In this document: one piece after another, positions 55,946-64,000 of the stretch | How positions within the stretch are numbered: the stretch's first letter is position 1 | Layout: every line of letters starts with the position of its first letter | Assembly (NCBI GenBank): GCA_963699665.1 | Contig: CAVOUR010000014.1 | Location: 271,877 to 335,876 of the forward strand | DNA length: 64,000 bases | Source of the DNA: an uncultured Alphaproteobacteria bacterium | GTDB taxonomy: Bacteria > Pseudomonadota > Alphaproteobacteria > Rhizobiales > Xanthobacteraceae | Direction of reading: 5' to 3' | The notes under the pieces: model-generated | What the model saw: only the letters and a program-made list of their open reading frames with translations | What the model was told of the DNA's origin: nothing | Database searches by the model: none | Position numbers and translations under genes: made by a program

Positions 55946-55997
55946 CTCGCGCGTCAAGGCCTCACAATCGGCCCCAATCGCCCTATATTCAGTCGCG

Positions 55998-57014
55998 ATG
56001 AACAATCCCGAAATCGCCATTCCGACCCGCGCGCCCGCAGCGGATTCCGCCGACGACACGATCCTGCCGTTCACCGTGAAGGCGCTCGACCTGCGCGGCC
56101 GGATCGTGCGGCTCGGCCCCGCGGTCGACACCATCCTGTCGAGCCACGACTACCCGGCGCCGGTGGCCAAGCTGCTCGGCGAAGCCATCGTGCTCACGGT
56201 GATGCTCGGTTCGGCGCTGAAATTCGAAGGCCGCTTCATCCTGCAGACCCAGAGCGACGGCCCGGTGCGCATGCTGGTGGTCGATTTCACCTCGCCCGAC
56301 CGGGTGCGGGCGTGCGCGCGCTTTGATGCCGAGCGCGTCGCCTCAGCGATCGCCGCCAACGCGGCCACGCCCGGCAAGCTGCTCGGCCATGGCCATCTCG
56401 CCATGACCATCGATCAGGGCCCGGAAATGAGCCGCTACCAGGGCCTGGTGCCGCTCGACGGCGGCGACCTCGAACACGCCGCGCACGAATATTTCTTGCG
56501 CTCCGAGCAGATTCCCACCCGGGTGCGGCTGGCGGTCGCCGAGGAGTTTCGCGCCACCGGCAACGGCGCCCGCCGGCATTGGCGCGCCGGCGGCATCCTG
56601 CTGCAGTTCCTGCCGAATTCGGTCGAACGCGCGCGTCAGGCCGACCTCGATCCCGGCGACGCGCCGCCCGGTACCGAACCGCATGTCCTGCCCGACGACG
56701 AGGCCTGGGTGGAGGGCCGCGCGCTCATCGACACCGTCGACGACATCGAGTTGATCGATCCGGCACTGTCGAGCGAGCGCCTCGCCTACCGGCTGTTCCA
56801 CGAACCCGGCGTGCGGGTGTTTCGCGCCGCGCCCGTGGCGGCGCAGTGCTCGTGTTCGCGCGCCGGCGTCGAGAACATGCTGCGGAGTTTTTCGCAGGAA
56901 GACCGCGACGACATGGTCGAGGATGGCCGGATCACCGTAACCTGCGAGTTCTGCAACTCGACCTATGTATTCACGCCGGATGAGATCGCCGTGACCAATG
57001 CGGCCGCCCCGTAA
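55998..57014 (+). CDS. hslO: Hsp33-family redox-regulated chaperone
   Basis: Counted from MNNPEIAIP…. The C-terminal zinc centre is CSCSR…CEFCNSTY. Confidence 0.9.
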   Translation: MNNPEIAIPTRAPAADSADDTILPFTVKALDLRGRIVRLGPAVDTILSSHDYPAPVAKLLGEAIVLTVMLGSALKFEGRFILQTQSDGPVRMLVVDFTSPDRVRACARFDAERVASAIAANAATPGKLLGHGHLAMTIDQGPEMSRYQGLVPLDGGDLEHAAHEYFLRSEQIPTRVRLAVAEEFRATGNGARRHWRAGGILLQFLPNSVERARQADLDPGDAPPGTEPHVLPDDEAWVEGRALIDTVDDIELIDPALSSERLAYRLFHEPGVRVFRAAPVAAQCSCSRAGVENMLRSFSQEDRDDMVEDGRITVTCEFCNSTYVFTPDEIAVTNAAAP

Positions 57015-57028
57015 CGCCTTGCGGGCTT

Positions 57029-57490
57029 TTAGCGGGGCGTCTCGAACAGATTGAATTGATTCGCCGCCAGCGGGCCGAAAGGCTGGCGCGAGCGTTCCTG
57101 ATCGTTGGCCAAGGCCGTGGCATGGGACGGATCCTTGGTCCCATGCGCCAGCTCTTCCCTGCGCTTTTGGTCGCGCGCCTGCTTCAGCGGCTTGGCTGTT
57201 CCGATGGCCTTTGCCTTCGCAGGAGCGGATTGGACGTTCGCCGCGGTCGTGGCGCTCGCAATGCCGTCGGCCAGCCGATGACTATGAATGATCGGCGGAT
57301 CGCCGCGGCCCGATCGGTCGTTTGGCTCGGCGTTCGCATCTGGCAGCGCTTCCGCGATGGGGGGCAGCGGACGCGGCTGCGACTTGGTTTTCTCCATCGG
57401 GTACGACGATAGAACGCCGTTCAACAGTGTCATGAGGACGACGAAAGCCGCCATCATCGTTCCGAAGTAGCCCGCCAATGCCAGTGCCAT
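57029..57490 (-). CDS. hypothetical membrane-anchored protein
   Basis: 153 aa with an N-terminal TM segment (MALALAGYFGTMMAAFVVLMTLL), then a low-complexity region. No family is recognised. Confidence 0.4.
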   Translation of the reverse strand: MALALAGYFGTMMAAFVVLMTLLNGVLSSYPMEKTKSQPRPLPPIAEALPDANAEPNDRSGRGDPPIIHSHRLADGIASATTAANVQSAPAKAKAIGTAKPLKQARDQKRREELAHGTKDPSHATALANDQERSRQPFGPLAANQFNLFETPR

Positions 57491-57700
57491 AACACAGTCC
57501 CCGGGAAGCGACGGTCCAGGGTCTGCGGTGCCCGTGGGCGGGGCCGGAACCGTGGCGCACGATCATCCGATAAAAGCGCAGCCTCAACGCGCCGATCCGC
57601 CTGCCGTTCCGTCCGTCACCCGCGGGCTCGACGCTTGAGCTTCGGAACCAAACCGCGGTGTGGCGATTGGATGAGAAGGGAACCATTCGGAGGTATTGCC

Positions 57701-57910
57701 ATGGGCAAAATCCTCATTGGCGTCATCACGGCCGCAGCGTGGTTCATCCTCTCGCATGCTGCCAATGCCGAGCGCGTATGCCAGCAGGTGTGCGATGGCG
57801 GCACCTGTGTTTCCAAATGTGTCGGCACCGATTCCTCGGCCATCGTCCGCGACAACGAGGCTAGTGGCTACGTGCAGCGGCCGGGCATGGAAATCGACAC
57901 CGGCCGTTAG
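57701..57910 (+). CDS. small secreted Cys-rich peptide (69 aa)
   Basis: RBS GGAGG lies 7 nt upstream of the ATG. The signal peptide is MGKILIGVITAAAWFILSHAANA. The mature part contains CQQVCDGGTCVSKC. Confidence 0.55.
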   Translation: MGKILIGVITAAAWFILSHAANAERVCQQVCDGGTCVSKCVGTDSSAIVRDNEASGYVQRPGMEIDTGR

Positions 57911-58093
57911 GCCCAATTTATTCAGGTCGAGCAAAGCCCCGCGGAACGCTCGAGCCGATTCTCGGGGATGCTGCGTCGAGCAACTCAGCCTTCAATCTTT
58001 TTTGCGCATGCGGGGCCGCGCCGGATTTGACGCTCGCAAAACCCAGCCCGATAGGTTTCCCGATGTTGATGGACTTGGCGCTACGGCGCCAGC

Positions 58094-58486
58094 TCAATTG
58101 AGCGTGCGCCGCGATTCGGCGCTGTCGAGCGAGAACGCCGGAACGTCGATATCGAAATGCTCGCCGCTTGCGCTGACCATGCCGTAGCTGCCGACCATGA
58201 AGCCCGACGGCGTCTGCAACGGCACCCCGCTGGTATATTCGAACGCCTCGCCGGCCTTGAGCACCGGCTCTTCGCCGACCACGCCGGCGCCGCGCACCTC
58301 CTGGAGGCGCCCGCTGGCGTCGGTAATGCGCCAGTGCCGGGTCTTGAGCTGCACCGTCTCGCTGCCATTGTTGGTGATGGAAATCGTATAGGCCCAGAAG
58401 AAATAATTATTATCCGGCGACGACCGGTCGGCGACAAAGCGCGGCGTCACCACGACCTCGATATTGCGGGTGACGGCACGGTACAT
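58094..58486 (-). CDS. apaG: ApaG (DUF525) protein
   Basis: Counted from MYRAVTRNIEVVVTPRFV…SPDNNYFFWAYTISITNNG…HWRITDA…. Confidence 0.9.
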   Translation of the reverse strand: MYRAVTRNIEVVVTPRFVADRSSPDNNYFFWAYTISITNNGSETVQLKTRHWRITDASGRLQEVRGAGVVGEEPVLKAGEAFEYTSGVPLQTPSGFMVGSYGMVSASGEHFDIDVPAFSLDSAESRRTLN

Positions 58487-58667
58487 GCTTCGGTTCCTGT
58501 CGGTATCTTTGCGCTGTTTGCCGGCGTCGCGCCGGCGCCGACGCGGCGGCGGGCAGCCCTCCCGCCGGCCACGCATTAGTGAATAGCTTCGGGCGCGTTG
58601 TTGCAATAACCGTGCGGACGCGCAAGCGTGCACCACAAGGGCGTTCCGGCAGGCTGAAACGGCCGAA

Positions 58668-59876
58668 ATGAATGCAAAGCTTGAAATCGCGCGGCCCGTG
58701 ACGACCGCGCCGCCGCTGCCGGCGGTGGCGACCGAGCGGGACTTGCGGCTCGATCTGTTCCGCGGCGTGGCGCTGTGGCTGATCTTCCTCGACCACATCC
58801 CGGAAAACGTCGCCAACTGGTTCACCATCCGCAATTTCGGCTTTTCCGACGCGACCGAGATCTTCATTTTCATCTCCGGCTACACCGCGGCGTTCGTGTA
58901 CGGCCGCGCCATGCGCGAGCGCGGCTTTCTCGTCGCGAGCGCGCGCATCCTGCGCCGCGCCTGGCAGATCTATGTCGCGCATATCTTCCTGTTCACGATT
59001 TTCCTGGCCGAAATCGCCTACGTGGCCGCGACCTTCCAGAATCCGCTTTATGCCGAAGAAATGCGCATCCTGGATTTTCTCAAGCAGCCCGACGTCACCA
59101 TCTTCGAGGCGCTGATCCTCAAGTTCAAGCCGGTCAACATGGACGTGCTGCCGCTCTACATCGTGCTGTTGCTTTGGTTTCCGCCGATGCTGTTCGTGCT
59201 GCTGCGGCGGCCGAACCTGGCGCTCGCCGGCTCCGCGCTGCTGTACGTGCTGACGTGGAATTTCGACTGGAATTTTCCGGCCTATCCGAACGGCGTCTGG
59301 TTCTTCAATCCGTTCGCCTGGCAACTGCTGTTCGTGTTCGGCGCCTGGTGCGCGCTCGGCGGCGCGCGCCGGCTCGCTGCCGTCCTGCATTCCCGCACCA
59401 TCCTGGCGATCGCCGTGGCCTATCTGATATTCGCCTTTGCCATCACGCTGACCTGGTATATCGAGCCGCTCAGCCGGTTCGTGCCGAATTGGTTGAGCGA
59501 ATGGATGTACCCGATCGACAAGACCAACCTTGACGTGCTGCGCTTTGCGCATTTCCTGGCGCTTGCCACGGTGATAGTGCGGTTCGTGCCGCGCGACTGG
59601 CCGGTCTTGAAATCGCCCCTGCTGCAGCCGGCCATTCGCTGCGGCCAGCATTCGCTGGAAATCTTCTGTCTCGGCGTCTTCCTTGCCTTTGCCGGCCAGT
59701 TCGTCATCAGCGAGTATTCCGGCGGCCCGCTGGTCCAGGTGGCGATCAGCCTGATCGGGATTATACTGATGGTGGCGACCGCAAATCTGATATCGTGGTA
59801 CAAGGTGATAGAAGGGCGAAGCCCCTCGGCGCGGGTCAAGCTGCCTGATGCCGACCTCGCGGGAGGCGAGGCATGA
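58668..59876 (+). CDS. opgC: OpgC-family membrane acyltransferase
   Basis: 402 aa, multi-TM. The sequence RDLRLDLFRGVALWLIFLDHIP is typical of OpgC. Confidence 0.8.
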   Translation: MNAKLEIARPVTTAPPLPAVATERDLRLDLFRGVALWLIFLDHIPENVANWFTIRNFGFSDATEIFIFISGYTAAFVYGRAMRERGFLVASARILRRAWQIYVAHIFLFTIFLAEIAYVAATFQNPLYAEEMRILDFLKQPDVTIFEALILKFKPVNMDVLPLYIVLLLWFPPMLFVLLRRPNLALAGSALLYVLTWNFDWNFPAYPNGVWFFNPFAWQLLFVFGAWCALGGARRLAAVLHSRTILAIAVAYLIFAFAITLTWYIEPLSRFVPNWLSEWMYPIDKTNLDVLRFAHFLALATVIVRFVPRDWPVLKSPLLQPAIRCGQHSLEIFCLGVFLAFAGQFVISEYSGGPLVQVAISLIGIILMVATANLISWYKVIEGRSPSARVKLPDADLAGGEA

Positions 59877-60628
59877 CATTGCTGTTCAATATGCTGGCAG
59901 TGATTGCACTGATCGACGGTGCGCATGCCGCGGTGCCGGAACCGCGGTGCGACGTGCCGGATTCATTCCTGTCGAGCGACAGCGACCTCAGCCACGTCAC
60001 CGCCGAGGTCACGGCGCAACACCGTTTGGATATCAGCGTGGTCGGCACCGGTTCGTCGTCGCTGCCGGGGCCCGACGGCGAGCGCTTTGCCTATCCGGCG
60101 CGGCTGGAGCAGGTGCTGGCGCAGCGCTTGCCCGGCATCACCGTCAAGGTGACGCCGCATGCGCAGTCGCGCGCGACCTCTGCGGCGATGGCCGCCGGGC
60201 TGCCGGCAATCCTGGCCGAGGACAAGCCCGCGCTGGTGATCTGGCAGGCCGGCACCGCCGATGCCATGAACAGCGTCGAGCCCGAAGACTTCCGCTCCAG
60301 CCTCGACAGCGGCGTCGACACCGTCACCAACGCCAATGCCGACGTCATTCTGATGAACATGCAGTACAGCCCGCATACCGAGTCCATGATGGACGTATCA
60401 ACCTATGCGGACATCATGAGATTTGTTGCACAGCAGCATGGCGCGGTGCTGTTCGACCGGCTGGGAATCATGCGCGATTGGAATGACAGCGGGACGTTCG
60501 ACCTCTATACGGCAAATAACAACTATGATATGGCGCGACGTGTTCACGATTGCATTGGTCGGGCCTTGGCGTCTCAGATCATCAGTGCCTCGCATCTGGA
60601 CGCCGTGAGAATGCAAACAACGCGTTGA
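59873..60628 (+). CDS. SGNH/GDSL-like hydrolase family protein
   Basis: It has a signal peptide and the block I-like motif VVGTGSSS. The start overlaps the opgC stop (ATGA). Confidence 0.65.
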   Translation: MTLLFNMLAVIALIDGAHAAVPEPRCDVPDSFLSSDSDLSHVTAEVTAQHRLDISVVGTGSSSLPGPDGERFAYPARLEQVLAQRLPGITVKVTPHAQSRATSAAMAAGLPAILAEDKPALVIWQAGTADAMNSVEPEDFRSSLDSGVDTVTNANADVILMNMQYSPHTESMMDVSTYADIMRFVAQQHGAVLFDRLGIMRDWNDSGTFDLYTANNNYDMARRVHDCIGRALASQIISASHLDAVRMQTTR

Positions 60629-61608
60629 TGTCCTCCTCCAATCCCATGACGATCGCTCGCTTGATGCGGGTCGCGGCCGCGACTGCGGTCATTGCCGCCA
60701 GCGGCGCGTTTGCTGCGGCGCACGCGCAGATGCTCGAGCCCGCGCGTATTGTCGCACCCGCCATCACGCCCGTCGCCACGCCGGCAATGACGCCTGTTGC
60801 AGTGCCCGCGGTAGCGACGTCGCTCGCGGCGCCGGCGCGGCCGGCACCGAGCGTGCCCGCGCAGCCTGCCGCGCTGCCGCCGGCAGTTGCACCGCTCGCC
60901 GCCTCACCAGCGTCCTGCAGCGCACCGGCCGCGTTCGCGCGCCTCGATCGTCCGCTGGTGCGCACCGCGCGCTGGCTCGCGAGCGGCGAACCGCTCACCA
61001 TCGTCGCCATCGGGTCGTCGTCGACCGCGGGCGCCGGGGCGAGCTCGCCGGCGGCGAACTATCCGAGCCGGCTCGCGATCGAGCTCAAGGCACGCCTGCC
61101 GGGCCACGACGTCACCGTGCTCAACCGCGGCGTCAACGGCGAAGAGACCGACCAGATGATGGCGCGGTTCGGAACCGACGTGTTCGCGGCGCATCCGCAG
61201 CTCGTGCTCTGGCAGGTCGGCACCAATTCGGTGCTGCGCGACCACCCGCTCACACCGCACGGCATGCTGCTGCACGAAGGCATCGACGAGCTCAAGGCCG
61301 TCGGTGCCGACGTGGTGCTGATCGATCCGCAATATGCGCCGCAGGTGCTGTCGATGTCGGAGACCCCCGACATGGTCGATCAGATCGCGCGCGTTGCCAA
61401 GGAAGAGAACGTCGATCTGTTCCGCCGCTTCGCCGCCATGCGCGACTGGCACGAGACCCAGCATCTGCCGTACGGCACGTTCGTGTCGGCGGACGGGTTG
61501 CATATGAACGACTGGGGCTATGCCTGCATGGCGAAGCTTCTCGCCGGCGCGATCGCCGAGGCGGCGACGCGACCGGTCGCGTCCGCCGCGGCGCATCTGG
61601 CGCACTGA
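60628..61608 (+). CDS. SGNH/GDSL-like hydrolase family protein with an Ala/Pro-rich linker
   Basis: It has a signal peptide, a P/A-rich low-complexity region, then IVAIGSSSTAG…NRGVNGE…DGLHMND. The start overlaps the previous stop (TGATG). Confidence 0.75.
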   Translation: MSSSNPMTIARLMRVAAATAVIAASGAFAAAHAQMLEPARIVAPAITPVATPAMTPVAVPAVATSLAAPARPAPSVPAQPAALPPAVAPLAASPASCSAPAAFARLDRPLVRTARWLASGEPLTIVAIGSSSTAGAGASSPAANYPSRLAIELKARLPGHDVTVLNRGVNGEETDQMMARFGTDVFAAHPQLVLWQVGTNSVLRDHPLTPHGMLLHEGIDELKAVGADVVLIDPQYAPQVLSMSETPDMVDQIARVAKEENVDLFRRFAAMRDWHETQHLPYGTFVSADGLHMNDWGYACMAKLLAGAIAEAATRPVASAAAHLAH

Positions 61609-61671
61609 ACCATTTTCGCTCGCGCGCTTGGCGCTGGCCGCGGCACCCGGTCGCGGCGATACCAACACCAG

Positions 61672-62868
61672 CTACAGCGACACGGCGTCGAGCGCGCCGA
61701 GCACATCCTCGAGGATGTCGTCGGGATGTTCGAGGCCGCAGGACAGTCGCACCAGCCCGTCGGTGACGCCGATCTCGGCGCGCTGTGCCGGGGTGAGCCG
61801 CTGATGCGTCGTCGTCGCCGGGTGGGTGATGAGACTTTTGGCGTCGCCGAGATTGTTGCTGATGCGCACGAGCCGCAGCGCGTCCTGGAATTCGAACGCG
61901 GCCTTCTTGCCGCCCTTGATCTCGAACGCCACCAGGGTTGAGCCGCCGCGCATCTGTTTCTGCACCACCGCCGCCTGAGGATGATCGGGCCGGCCCGGAT
62001 AGATCAGGCGCGAGATTTTAGGTTGGTCGGCGAGCGCCGCCGCCACGGTCGCGGCGCTTTCGGTCTGGCGGCGCACCCGCACCGCCAGCGTCTCCAAACT
62101 TTTCAGCAGCACCCAGGCGTTGAACGGCGACATCGACGGGCCGGTCTGGCGGATCAGCACGTGGATCTTGTCCATGATGAATTTTTGCGAGCCGAGCACG
62201 ACGCCGCCGAGGCAGCGGCCTTGCCCGTCGATGTGCTTGGTCGCCGAATAGACGACGCAGTCGGCGCCGAGCGCCAGCGGACTCTGGAACAGCGGCGTGG
62301 CAAACACATTGTCGACCACCAGCGTCGCACCGGCGGCGTGGGCGATCTTCGCCACTTCGGCGATATCGATGACGTCGAGCGCCGGATTGGTCGGGCTTTC
62401 GAGGAAGAAGGTCTTGGTGTTCGGCCGCACCGCGTTTTTCCAGGCCTCGAGATTGCAGCCGTCGACCAGCGTCGAGGCGACGCCGAAGCGCGGCAGATAA
62501 TCCTCGACCACGTAGCGGCAGGAGCCGAACATCGCCTTCGACGCGACCACGTGGTCGCCGGCCTTGAGCTGCCCGACCAGCGAAATGGTGACCGCGGCCA
62601 TGCCGGTCGCGGTGGCGCGCGCCGCTTCGGCGCCTTCGAACGCCGCCATGCGCTGCTCGAACATGTCGATGGTCGGATTGGCGAAGCGCGAATATTGATA
62701 GCCGGGATCCTCGCCCTTGAAGCGGGCCTCGGCCTGGGCGGCATTGTCGTAGACATAGCCTTGAGTGAGGAACATCGCCTCGGACGTCTCGCCGAACGGC
62801 GAGCGCAACGTACCGGATTGCACCAGACGGGTTTCCGGGCGGTAGTGCTTTTTCGCGGACGCGGACAT
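61672..62868 (-). CDS. metZ: O-succinylhomoserine sulfhydrylase (Cys/Met metabolism PLP enzyme)
   Basis: Counted from MSASAKKHYRPETRLV…. The PLP lysine region is SATKHIDGQGR, within the overall MetZ pattern. Confidence 0.85.
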   Translation of the reverse strand: MSASAKKHYRPETRLVQSGTLRSPFGETSEAMFLTQGYVYDNAAQAEARFKGEDPGYQYSRFANPTIDMFEQRMAAFEGAEAARATATGMAAVTISLVGQLKAGDHVVASKAMFGSCRYVVEDYLPRFGVASTLVDGCNLEAWKNAVRPNTKTFFLESPTNPALDVIDIAEVAKIAHAAGATLVVDNVFATPLFQSPLALGADCVVYSATKHIDGQGRCLGGVVLGSQKFIMDKIHVLIRQTGPSMSPFNAWVLLKSLETLAVRVRRQTESAATVAAALADQPKISRLIYPGRPDHPQAAVVQKQMRGGSTLVAFEIKGGKKAAFEFQDALRLVRISNNLGDAKSLITHPATTTHQRLTPAQRAEIGVTDGLVRLSCGLEHPDDILEDVLGALDAVSL

Positions 62869-62884
62869 GCGGCCCTCCTTGGCC

Positions 62885-62924
62885 AAACAAAAACCCGGCC
62901 GGGAGGAAAAATCCTCAGGCCGGG
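62885..62924 (-). terminator. intrinsic terminator/attenuator hairpin in the metZ leader
   Basis: On the minus-strand RNA the hairpin is CCCGGCCUGAGGA-UUUU-UCCUCCCGGCCGGG, followed by UUUUUGUUU. It ends ~17 nt before the metZ start codon. Confidence 0.65.
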
Positions 62925-62937
62925 CTCACGCGTCCCC

Positions 62938-62994
62938 GGCCTTTTAGCGATTTATTTTACGTGGCTGCAAGCCGGCCGGCTCAAATGACCACGG
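62938..62994 (-). ncRNA. candidate SAM-II (alphaproteobacterial metA-type) riboswitch aptamer
   Basis: The minus-strand RNA is CGUGGUCAUUUGAGCCGGCCGGCUUGCAGCCACGUAAAAUAAAUCGCUAAAAGG. The CGUGG/CCACG stem, with loop UCAUUU able to pair with the 3' tail AAAU(C)G, gives an H-type pseudoknot. GCUUGCAGCCAC and CGCUAAA resemble my recollection of the SAM-II consensus. No covariance model was run. Confidence 0.45.
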
Positions 62995-63059
62995 GATAAA
63001 ACGGCTTATACGCCGCAGGCGTCTTTGCGTCAAACCGGGCAACGGGCTAGATCGCTGCC

Positions 63060-64000
63060 GTGGCGCTCTCGTTCTTACCGACCGATACCGGAATCCTGCC
63101 GGACCGCATGATCGCCGCGCTGGCGGCGGACGGCGGCATCCGCGCGCACTACCCGTTCGCGCCCGGTCAAATCCAGCCGGCAAGTCTCGACCTGCGGCTC
63201 GGCGCCACCGCCTACCGCGTGCGCGCGAGCTTCTTGCCCGGGCCGGGGACCACCGTCGCGCAGCGCCTCATCGAGCTGACGCTGCACGAGTTCGCCTTGT
63301 CGAGCGGCGCAGTGCTGGAGACCGGCTGCGTCTATATTGTGCCGCTGATCGAGCGGCTCGCGCTTCCCCCCGACATTGCGGCGGCGACCAATCCGAAAAG
63401 CTCCACCGGCCGGCTTGACGTCTTCACCCGGGTGATCGCCGACGAGACCCGCGGCTTCGACCGCGTTGCAGCCGGCTACCACGGCCCGCTCTATGCCGAG
63501 ATCAGCCCGAAGACGTTTCCGATCCTGGTGCGCGAGGGCACCCGGCTGTCGCAGTTGCGGCTGCGCCGCGGCGACGCGGTTCTCAGCACCGACGCGCTGC
63601 GCGCCCTGCACTTGCGCGAGCGGCTGGTCGACCGCGCCGAGGCGGTGATGGGTGACGGCATCGCAGTCAGCATCGATTTGTTCGGCGCCGGTCCGGGCGG
63701 CACCGGCATCGCCAGCCCGAATGGCGACGAGGTCAGGCGAGGCGGCATCGTCGGCTATCGCGCCAAGCGCCATACTGCGGTGATCGAGGTCGACCAGCGC
63801 GACGCCTACGAGGCCGCCGATTTTTGGGAGCCGATCGCGGCACGCGCCGACAAGAGTTCTGATCCTCGATCCCGACGAGTTTTATATTCTGGCCTCGACC
63901 GAGGCCGTGCAGGTGCCGCCCGACTATGCCGCCGAGATGGTGCCGTTCGACCCGCTGGTCGGCGAATTTCGCGTGCATTATGCGGGCTTTTTCGATCCCG
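63060..64000 (+). pseudogene. dcd: 2'-deoxycytidine 5'-triphosphate deaminase (long DCD family), 3' end outside the window, with a 1-nt frameshift near 63857
   Basis: My own translation gives …TGILPDRMIAAL…IQPASLDLRLGATAYRVRASFLPGPG…ATNPKSSTGRLDVFTRVI…DFWEPIAARADKS in one frame. It continues LILDPDEFYILASTEAVQVPPDYAAEMVPFDPLVGEFRVHYAGFFDP in the +1 frame. A probable GTG start lies at 63060. This ORF is not listed in the ORF track. Confidence 0.7.

Noticed and set aside
1-64000. Defence systems, toxin-antitoxin pairs, prophage or transposon content
   Set aside because: I recognised no nuclease/helicase/methylase combinations, small paired ORFs with TA signatures, phage structural genes, transposases or recombinases in any frame. 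The accessory content is metabolic.

Overview
This is a high-GC (roughly 65%) alphaproteobacterial chromosome segment. Gene order and the dispersed GC-rich palindromic (REP-like) repeats look Bradyrhizobium/Rhodopseudomonas-like, but that placement is an inference. I support about 55 protein genes, one tRNA-His, several repeat families and a few regulatory sites.

Core content:
- The block phoR-pstSCAB-phoU-phoB-gcrA-argD-argF-hslO-apaG-opgC, then two SGNH hydrolases, metZ and a DCD-type dCTP deaminase.
- Two phasin genes, a PAS histidine kinase, DUF1194, AsmA, glpD and a GH15 glucoamylase.

Accessory content:
- Three UbiD-family decarboxylase paralogues, each paired with a different partner: an AMP-ligase, an alpha/beta hydrolase plus MarR, and a CaiB CoA-transferase plus malonyl-CoA decarboxylase. 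No ubiX is present in the window.
- A secreted fusion of a Vgb-like (virginiamycin B lyase-like) propeller with FG-GAP repeats, plus a truncated duplicate of its 3' end.
- A GNAT / ATP-grasp / metallophosphoesterase operon.
- A fluoroacetate-dehalogenase-like hydrolase.

I found no transposase, integrase, CRISPR array, phage gene or recognisable defence gene, and I cannot honestly point to a clear-cut novel system.

The most checkable new observations:
1. A 23-bp AT-rich motif is shared by the promoter regions of two very different UbiD genes, next to the only MarR gene. It is a candidate operator.
2. The three UbiD modules follow a carboxylate-activation-plus-decarboxylase logic.
3. A REP-like hairpin element is inserted in-frame and tandemly duplicated inside the AMP-ligase gene.
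4. The Vgb/FG-GAP fusion and its partial duplication.
5. An inverted array of heptamer repeats lies directly upstream of a small Cys-rich ORF.
6. Three single-base frameshifts interrupt otherwise intact conserved enzymes. These are either assembly errors or real pseudogenes.

Many long ORFs in the six-frame track are antisense shadows typical of high-GC DNA, and I rejected them.
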